From: a virus
Taxonomy: Duplodnaviria; Caudoviricetes
IMG/VR virus record: IMGVR_UViG_2974671799_000001
Span: 96,001 to 160,000 of that record
Reading direction: 5' to 3' (one strand)
DNA: 64,000 bases
Part shown: positions 40,831 through 48,056 of the stretch, piece after piece
How positions within the stretch are numbered: position 1 is the stretch's first letter
Layout: each line of letters begins with the position of its first letter
Made by a program: the position numbers and the translations under genes
The notes under the pieces: model-generated
Seen by the model: only the letters and a program-made list of their open reading frames with translations
The model's database searches: none
Told to the model about the DNA's origin: nothing

Positions 40831-41594
40831 TAGTCTAAAGAAACTATTTTTGATTTTGTTTTTGGGTAAAAATCTTTATTACTTTTATACATTTTTCCTG
40901 AAATCTGACTTTTTAATTGTGTATTTAATTTCAAAAACGGTGCAAAAAGTGGCATTAAAACAGATGATTTAATACAAATTTGTGATGCTTCTTTTGCAAA
41001 TGAATCAACTATTTCTGAAAATGCTTTAATTGTTTCATTTGTCATATCCAAAGCATCATGGTTTGTTTGTCCTAATGTTGCGGGTTCTTCTGATTTATCT
41101 TCTGAACCTAATGATATAGACTCATTTGAAAGGTGTATAACTTTATCATATTGACTATTTTTGAAATAAAGAGTATTATCCTTCCTTAAATTTATTATTG
41201 CTGATTCATCATCCTTATCATATTGTAATATTAGACCATCTTTTTCAGTAAAAAGAACCTTTACTAATCCACTCGATTCATATTCCTCTAAGTCCTTATA
41301 AAGAAGTACGGCAGACTTTGTGTACTCATTATCATCAATACCCATATCATTAGCTGATTTACCATTAAATGTGTACCAAATAGGACACATTATTTCACCT
41401 TCTATGAAGTCTATTTGTACAATAGAATCGATTGGTGGCGGGTCTAATCTATTGAATGATATATTCTTTGGTATTGCCCAAGGAATTATACTTTCATCAA
41501 CATTATCATAAAATCCATTTACACGGACTTTAACACGACCTATTTTCTTAGGGTCGTCATTATCTATTACTGTTCCAAAATATCCGTTTTCCAT
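40830..41594 (-). CDS. Baseplate central spike/hub protein (gp5 N-terminal OB-fold type)
   Basis: YFGTVIDNDDPKKIGRVKVRV, IPWAIP and PPIDSIVQIDF..G...P OB-fold motifs; no lysozyme domain. Confidence 0.8.
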   Translation of the reverse strand: MENGYFGTVIDNDDPKKIGRVKVRVNGFYDNVDESIIPWAIPKNISFNRLDPPPIDSIVQIDFIEGEIMCPIWYTFNGKSANDMGIDDNEYTKSAVLLYKDLEEYESSGLVKVLFTEKDGLILQYDKDDESAIINLRKDNTLYFKNSQYDKVIHLSNESISLGSEDKSEEPATLGQTNHDALDMTNETIKAFSEIVDSFAKEASQICIKSSVLMPLFAPFLKLNTQLKSQISGKMYKSNKDFYPKTKSKIVSLD

Positions 41595-41595
41595 A

Positions 41596-42702
41596 TTATC
41601 TTATTAAATTAGCCAAACCTGCACCTTGAATATTTCCTTGTAAAAGGTTGTTTATATCATCCAACCCAGCACCAATATTATTTGAAAGTGTTGAAACTCT
41701 AGTGGCTAAACCACTTAATTGATACTCTTGATATGTATAATATGATGCTTGACTTTCACCATATCTAGATATATTATCTGTTGTATTTGTTGCTATTTGG
41801 TCTAGAATTTTTCTAGGTGTGAAATCTTTAGTTTCACCACTCAATACAGTTGTTAAAAGACTCATTTCCTCGCTAGAAAATGTCATTTCACCCATCATTG
41901 AAGGTGATAACATACTTAAATCAACATTCTCAAATCCTATAACAAAACTATTAAAGTTTTCCTGAACACTCATATTTGTCATTGCATCATAAAAAGCACC
42001 ACCACTTTCTGTAAGAAATTCACAATTTCCAAACTCGAATAACTGGTGATTTATTTCAGCAAATGATTGTGTTTCCCAGTTTCTAAGATATTTTATATCT
42101 GTTTTAAATACTCTCATATCAATAACATAAACAGACAACCCAAAAGACCTAAGATTCTCAGGTAATACAAATACTTTTCTATTTTTATCGTAAACTACCT
42201 CTCTCCACATTCTATTCAAAGATGCAATCTTTAAATCTAATGTTTCATATGTTCCAATAATTAATTTATTTTGATTCCTAAAGAATGAAATTTGCTCAAA
42301 AGGTTTTGTATAAACCTCTCTAAGACCTTCTATATTATTAAAAATCCAAGGTTGATGTGTATTAACTTCTGAAAGTCTAGCAATGAATAATTTAAGTATG
42401 TTATAACGATATGTATCACCGATATCATCCAAGTATTTCAATGCAGAGTTTGGATAACTTTCATCAGCTAGTAAACCATCAGTTGCTGAAAAGTTAAAAA
42501 ATAGTTTGAATCCATTAACAGTTGGGTCATTTAATAAAGACCTATGATTTTGTCTTAAAAGTTCAGGTGATTTATCATACGCATTCAAAAACTTCTCAAC
42601 ATCTTTATCAACATGGTATGTTTTTCCAATTATAAGATGTTTACCTTTTTGCCTTGCTTCATGTCTTTCAGTATTTGATGCTGTAATTACTTTTAATGCC
42701 AT
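41596..42702 (-). CDS. Hypothetical virion protein, possibly tail-tube-fold baseplate component
   Basis: Adjacent to the gp5-like gene; beta-rich (LFEFGNCEF); no firm family assignment. Confidence 0.5.
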   Translation of the reverse strand: MALKVITASNTERHEARQKGKHLIIGKTYHVDKDVEKFLNAYDKSPELLRQNHRSLLNDPTVNGFKLFFNFSATDGLLADESYPNSALKYLDDIGDTYRYNILKLFIARLSEVNTHQPWIFNNIEGLREVYTKPFEQISFFRNQNKLIIGTYETLDLKIASLNRMWREVVYDKNRKVFVLPENLRSFGLSVYVIDMRVFKTDIKYLRNWETQSFAEINHQLFEFGNCEFLTESGGAFYDAMTNMSVQENFNSFVIGFENVDLSMLSPSMMGEMTFSSEEMSLLTTVLSGETKDFTPRKILDQIATNTTDNISRYGESQASYYTYQEYQLSGLATRVSTLSNNIGAGLDDINNLLQGNIQGAGLANLIR

Positions 42703-42738
42703 TTTAAATAAATTTATTCTTTAGTATATTTATCATTC

Positions 42739-42751
42739 TAATATAACAATT
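42739..42751 (-). promoter_or_regulatory. 13-bp upstream motif AATTGTTATATTA (copy 2)
   Basis: 36 nt upstream of the 42702 start. Confidence 0.65.
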
Positions 42752-42822
42752 AAAATAATAATTATTTTGTTCAATTTTTAACCATGTTCATGAATCGTGA
42801 ACAATACAAAATAATGAACAAA

Positions 42823-42873
42823 ATATTCCGCTTTTATGGAATATATTAACATTATTCCACTTTTATGGAATAT
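42823..42873. repeat. Two direct copies of the dyad TATTCC-N8-GGAATA
   Basis: ATATTCCGCTTTTATGGAATAT (42823) and TTATTCCACTTTTATGGAATAT (42852), 29 bp apart. Confidence 0.8.
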
Positions 42874-43103
42874 TTAATTAAAATACTGATTATCAATATT
42901 CTACACTTTTTATTTTGTCCTTAAAAATAAATGTTAAAATTTTGTTAAAATTGTTAAAATCACATACATAAAATATTCAACATGACCAATTTTTTAACAT
43001 TTTAAATTATAATTTTAAGTAACTGATTTACAACGTTTTATAAGAATTTAACAAATTTCAGTATTTTGTTTAATTTTAAACAATTACACCCGAAAAATTT
43101 TTG

Positions 43104-43253
43104 ACATATACAAAACTTACTGTAGCGACAATATTTTAACAATTTCTTTATCATATTCTCAATAAAACGCATTTTTCATTGAAAGAAAATCAGTAAAAAT
43201 ATACCTAGGTGCATTTTCTTTTATATATTATAAATACAAATAACATAAATAAA
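43104..43253 (-). repeat. 150-bp inverted repeat, right copy
   Basis: Reverse complement matches 22984-23133 at 135/150; contains ACCTAGGT and TATAAATA (43229-43236). Confidence 0.95.
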
Positions 43254-43345
43254 AGCGCGCGGAGATAGGTTTAAAAAATTCTTATAAAAACTATCTAAAA
43301 ATGATTTATTTTTATACATTTGTGATTTAATAAAACTTATAAATT

Positions 43346-43684
43346 ATGAATAGAAATTTTATACGTGATGAGATACTTTATGAATTATGTTTATTAAATG
43401 GTGGGAAACGAAAAATTGGAATAACAAATTGGATGAATATTTTAATTGTTGAAGAAACTGAAATGAAAAGAAAATATTCGATAGAATTTTCGACTGGTTA
43501 TAAATGTTTGGTTACAAAAGAGTATTCGATAAGTGGTAAAAACTTAAATAGTTCTAAAGATGATATTATATACCCACCAAGAGTAAATATTAATTTTTAT
43601 GTTGAAGTTGAAACACCAAAGGGTAAGAATGAGGATGATTTCTATAACTTCCTTACAAAAAATTTTGATAATATATTTATTTAA
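43346..43684 (+). CDS. Hypothetical protein
   Basis: 112 aa; TACATTTG -7-like element at 43315-43322. Confidence 0.65.
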   Translation: MNRNFIRDEILYELCLLNGGKRKIGITNWMNILIVEETEMKRKYSIEFSTGYKCLVTKEYSISGKNLNSSKDDIIYPPRVNINFYVEVETPKGKNEDDFYNFLTKNFDNIFI

Positions 43685-43694
43685 CGTATATTTG
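43664..43694 (+). promoter_or_regulatory. Host-type promoter of the polymerase operon
   Basis: TTTG-N19-TATATTTG. Confidence 0.65.
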
Positions 43695-43722
43695 CATTTC
43701 AAACTAAAATTTATATAAGATT

Positions 43723-45276
43723 ATGCTTATAGACATTGTTCAACGAAAAGGGCGTGTTGAAGTTTCTTTTGTCGATAAAACAGGACAAATAGAATTAACA
43801 TCCATACCCACTACATTTGAGAATTGGGTTAAGTGTGATGAAGACGACCCACAAAAATCTAAAAAGTATCGAAACTGGACTGGTGAACCAGTTAAGAAGG
43901 TACATGATAGGGAATTTAAAGACTTGAATTTGCGTGAATTTTTATTACATAAAGTTCCGAAGGATATTCAAGAAAAGATTTTCGCTTATAATAAACCGAA
44001 TTGGTATGCTGTCGATATAGAGGTTGATGTTAGGAATTGTAATGGATTCCCTGAGCCAACAAAGGCTGAACACCCTATTTCAACAATTCAGGTAACAAAT
44101 CAACAACTTTCCACAGTTCTTTTGATTTTTGATGATATGAATCGTATTGAGGGAACACAGGAATATAAAGACTTTATTTCAGAAAGGGTTCGTAAACACT
44201 TTCAATCATCAAAAAAGGCACAAGATTTAATAAATAAGTATGCGAAGGATGGTGTTTTAAAATATGAACATATTGTTGTTAAGAGTGAGCGAGAATTATT
44301 AAAAGTTTATTTTGCTTTACAGAAAAAATCAATGCATCACATCATGGGTTGGAACTGGCTTGATTTCGATAGTCCTTATATTCATAAACGTGCTGTAAAA
44401 AATAATGTAAATCACTCAATGGCATCACCTGTTGGTGAGTTGGTGAATCGTGAAATATCTCGTGATAAGTTTGCTAAACATAAAGATTCAGAAAAGACAA
44501 AGGAAGATTTAGAACAAGAACGTAAGGAGCGAACATTTTCTACACCACGTCACAGAGTAGAAGTCGATTTGATGCAGGTTATAAATAAGTTCGATTATTC
44601 TATTGATAAAACATCATTAGCTTTAGATGCTATTGGATATCAAGCTGTTGATGTTCCGAAAATAAAGTATGATGGTAGTTTCCGTGATTTATTTTTAGAT
44701 ACAGATAATTTCCTTACATATTCGGCAGTAGATACGATTTTATTAATGATGGTTCACTTGCGTTTGAATACAATTACCTCATTGGAAATGGTTACATATT
44801 ATTCGAAAATTCCATTAGAGCGCGGATTTAGTACATTAGCTTTAGGTGATGCTATGTTTTGGGATGAACAATTTTCAAACGGATTGGTGTTTTGTCACGA
44901 AGATAGGTACTCAGATGATGATGATGGTGATACTGATTTTGAGGGTGGATATGTAATTAATCCTAGATATGCAACAGGTGAATGGGTTGCACTTGTTGAT
45001 TTTAAGTCGCTTTATCCAACTTGTGGTCAGTCTTTAGGTTGTTCTTTTGATAATATCATAAAAGAGAATGCTACGGATGAAGAAATAAAAGAGGCTATTA
45101 AACTTGGTCATAGAGTTTCAATGAATAGAACTATTTATGACAAAGATGATGATGGTACATTGACTCGTGTTTGGAATAGACTAATTTATGAGCGTTATCA
45201 CTTTAAGGATATTCGTTTATTTATTGATAATAAGATGCAACCAGTTATTAAAAAAATGATAGAAGCTCATGGATAA
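43723..45276 (+). CDS. gp43: Family B DNA polymerase, N-terminal subunit (exonuclease + motif A)
   Basis: ExoI AVDIEV, ExoII GWNWLDFDSPY, ExoIII YSAVD, FEGGYV and motif A DFKSLYP; ends after the first fingers helix. Confidence 0.92.
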   Translation: MLIDIVQRKGRVEVSFVDKTGQIELTSIPTTFENWVKCDEDDPQKSKKYRNWTGEPVKKVHDREFKDLNLREFLLHKVPKDIQEKIFAYNKPNWYAVDIEVDVRNCNGFPEPTKAEHPISTIQVTNQQLSTVLLIFDDMNRIEGTQEYKDFISERVRKHFQSSKKAQDLINKYAKDGVLKYEHIVVKSERELLKVYFALQKKSMHHIMGWNWLDFDSPYIHKRAVKNNVNHSMASPVGELVNREISRDKFAKHKDSEKTKEDLEQERKERTFSTPRHRVEVDLMQVINKFDYSIDKTSLALDAIGYQAVDVPKIKYDGSFRDLFLDTDNFLTYSAVDTILLMMVHLRLNTITSLEMVTYYSKIPLERGFSTLALGDAMFWDEQFSNGLVFCHEDRYSDDDDGDTDFEGGYVINPRYATGEWVALVDFKSLYPTCGQSLGCSFDNIIKENATDEEIKEAIKLGHRVSMNRTIYDKDDDGTLTRVWNRLIYERYHFKDIRLFIDNKMQPVIKKMIEAHG

Positions 45277-45568
45277 GGATATAAAAGAATTTATAGAGAA
45301 GTTAAATAGATTAGATGGAACACAACCGTTTCATCTAATCTTTGATAGGTTAATTCAATTAAAAGATAATGAGAGTACCGAGAATACATTACAGTTCATT
45401 AATAACTTTGTTGATGCTAGAGGATTATTTGGAGAAAATAGAATAATTTCTTATCTTCGCGTAATATTAATAGTCTTCAAATCATTTAGGTATGATGAGG
45501 ATTGGAAAGAAACACTTAAAAATGTTCAAGATATAATTGAATCGGAAATGGGTGTAGAACTAAAATAG
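45269..45568 (+). CDS. Hypothetical helical protein between the polymerase halves
   Basis: 99 aa, overlapping the stop of the N-half (likely translational coupling). Confidence 0.65.
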   Translation: MDKDIKEFIEKLNRLDGTQPFHLIFDRLIQLKDNESTENTLQFINNFVDARGLFGENRIISYLRVILIVFKSFRYDEDWKETLKNVQDIIESEMGVELK

Positions 45569-45590
45569 AACAAAATTAAATTTTAAGTAT

Positions 45591-46490
45591 ATGAGTAGAA
45601 AACTTATAGTAAAGGGTATAGACCCTTCAAATTTTATGAGATTGATTATAAAATCAGCACTTGTTAGAGATAAGAAAGGTGATAAAATCGCGGCTGAGTC
45701 TTTACCTCTTATGATTACTGGTGATAAAATCAAGTCTTTAAAAGAGACAAAAACTGAAACAACTTGTAAGTATTGGTATGAAGATTTAAGTCTTTTCTGT
45801 GAGAATGCCGATGAGGTAAAAGAAATTTTAGGGGATAATACTTGTAGAATTTGGCTTTTCAGTTGTAAAAGTTTAGTTTCGGGATGCTTGAAACATTTTA
45901 AAGAAAAGGTTAATTTAGAAATCATTTTAGATGATGGTAACTTTGATGCTGTTGAATATGTATCTATATTCAATGAGAGTGCTAAGATAAAATTTTCTGT
46001 TGGTGTTGCTTCTGCTACTTTTGATGAGTATGATGAAGAAGATTTGAATGATATTTTTGATGTATCTAGGGCTAAATGTTCATTTTCTTTATCTGATGAT
46101 GAATTAAAGAAGATTAAACAAGCATCTAAGATGGAATATATTTTAGGTAAATCACATGATGCTGTTTCATTTGTTGCTCGTGACGGTTCTTTATATTTCA
46201 AAACATTTACTGTTGAAATTAAATTACATGATACAGATGTTGAGTTCGATGAGTTTTACATTAAAAAAGATGTTATTGAAACTATTGATGCTGAGTCTCA
46301 CAATGTTTTTATAACCAACTGGAATAACACGGATTGTATTATTGTTAATTCTGTTGATTCTGATACATTCCAGTATATCGGTATCTTAAATAAATTCAAT
46401 ACATCTATTGATTTGGAAAGTGTTGAAGAAGAGATTGAAGCTGTTGATTATGCTAGTTTCGATGGTATGGATGAAAACCCATTATTCTAA
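45591..46490 (+). CDS. Probable sliding clamp (gp45/PCNA-like)
   Basis: Acidic two-domain alpha/beta pattern (FSLSDDELKKIKQAS...VSFVARDGSLYF) and position within the polymerase operon. Confidence 0.5.
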   Translation: MSRKLIVKGIDPSNFMRLIIKSALVRDKKGDKIAAESLPLMITGDKIKSLKETKTETTCKYWYEDLSLFCENADEVKEILGDNTCRIWLFSCKSLVSGCLKHFKEKVNLEIILDDGNFDAVEYVSIFNESAKIKFSVGVASATFDEYDEEDLNDIFDVSRAKCSFSLSDDELKKIKQASKMEYILGKSHDAVSFVARDGSLYFKTFTVEIKLHDTDVEFDEFYIKKDVIETIDAESHNVFITNWNNTDCIIVNSVDSDTFQYIGILNKFNTSIDLESVEEEIEAVDYASFDGMDENPLF

Positions 46491-47902
46491 TGAGTGATGT
46501 TTTAGATATAGCTTTCAAGGCATTAGCTATTGATGAACATTTAATTACAACAAAAGGAAATTCGCCTGACCTCGCACCTGATTTATTTGATGCGAGGGTG
46601 GCGATTGAAAAAACATTTGTTGATTTATGTGAGCGTTTAGATAATGTTGATGAAATAAAGGATGATAAAAAGGCTTTAGAGATTTTGTATGATGATTTAC
46701 AGAATGCATCTATCTTTTATGATGCTACACAGTTATCCGCAAAAACTCTTGCAAATTCAATGTATGGATATGTTGGTGCGCCATTTTCTAGATACTATAA
46801 AAAGTGTGTTGCCGCTGACATTACAGCCGAAGGACGTAACGCTACAAAGATGGCAGATGTAAGAACCACTCAATATTTTGAATCACCTAAAGGATGGGCT
46901 AGTGAGACTGAATATTTCGAAAAGATTAAAGTTGAATTTGCTGATATTATTAATGTTGATAAGTTGACACCTGTAAAGGCATCTAACGGATTGGGTATTT
47001 ATGGTGATACGGATTCTGTATTCTTTATCATGAAGCCTATTTTGGATAGCTTGGGTGTTAAACCTGATGCTGATAGTTATCGTTGTACTGAATTATGTGT
47101 TAGTATAATTATGAATCCTGTTGATAAGATACATAAGGAGTTATTTAGAAGATATGCTGAGAATAGGAATTGTAAGAATTTACAAGTATTTGAATTAGAG
47201 GCTATTTTAAGGCGAACTATTCACCTTGCAAAGAAAAAGTATATTGGTTCGTATTTTTGGAAGGATGGTAAATTTTTAATTCCTAAAGATTTTGATTCGA
47301 TACCGAATGCTTATAAGAGTATTAAGTTAAAATCTACAGGTTTAGAGCTTGCCCAAAAATCGACACCAGTAATTATCAAGGAATATCTTAAAAAGTATGT
47401 TTATTTGATGTTGTCTAGTAAACAGGTTTCTGATGAGTTTTACTTTAAGATGGCTTACGCAATGACTAAAAGTTTTTCTGATATGCATATTGATGATTAT
47501 TCTAAAGCTAGGGCGTTGGGTACATTTAACAAGTATCATGATATAAAACCTAATGGTCAATATATAAAAACTGGTGGTGATAAAGTTATGGGTGCTTGTG
47601 TTCGTTATAATAATGAAGTGATAAATCACGGTTTAGAATCAAAATATCCGATGATTGCGCAAGGTTCAAGGGTTAAGTTTTATGAAGATATTAATCAACA
47701 AACATTTGCATATCCAATTGATGATAATTGTTCTTTTCCCGAAGAATTTGCACCACCACCACACATAAGGTTGAATTTGGAAAAGATGTTATTTAAACCA
47801 TTAGAAAGGATTATGTGTAAGGTTACCAATGCAGATTTGAGTATGTTGGGTTCACAACATTATCAAGTAACTAAATCTATTTTCAAGAAGAAAAAGTTAT
47901 AA
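46490..47902 (+). CDS. gp43: Family B DNA polymerase, C-terminal subunit (motifs B and C, thumb)
   Basis: QLSAKTLANSMYG (motif B), ITAEGR, YGDTDS (motif C), KKKY and GLELAQKSTP. Confidence 0.92.
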   Translation: MSDVLDIAFKALAIDEHLITTKGNSPDLAPDLFDARVAIEKTFVDLCERLDNVDEIKDDKKALEILYDDLQNASIFYDATQLSAKTLANSMYGYVGAPFSRYYKKCVAADITAEGRNATKMADVRTTQYFESPKGWASETEYFEKIKVEFADIINVDKLTPVKASNGLGIYGDTDSVFFIMKPILDSLGVKPDADSYRCTELCVSIIMNPVDKIHKELFRRYAENRNCKNLQVFELEAILRRTIHLAKKKYIGSYFWKDGKFLIPKDFDSIPNAYKSIKLKSTGLELAQKSTPVIIKEYLKKYVYLMLSSKQVSDEFYFKMAYAMTKSFSDMHIDDYSKARALGTFNKYHDIKPNGQYIKTGGDKVMGACVRYNNEVINHGLESKYPMIAQGSRVKFYEDINQQTFAYPIDDNCSFPEEFAPPPHIRLNLEKMLFKPLERIMCKVTNADLSMLGSQHYQVTKSIFKKKKL

Positions 47903-48056
47903 TTTATATTAAAACTATAAATAAACTGTATAATATTGTTTGAAAGTCAAAGGTATTTTTTTATACTTTTGGCTTTCAAACAATATATAAATAAACGACA
48001 AATTTATTTGTCATAAGTGTAAGAAGTTTCAAGATAAAATAAAATTCTAATCAAGT

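Noticed and set aside
42823-42873. Palindromic direct repeats as a mini-CRISPR
   Set aside because: Only two copies with a 7-bp gap, far too short for a spacer
45277-46489. Group I intron or split intein interrupting the polymerase
   Set aside because: The gap is filled by two ORFs with almost no non-coding sequence. No HNH, GIY-YIG or LAGLIDADG motifs, and no intein C-terminal His-Asn/Cys junction was seen.
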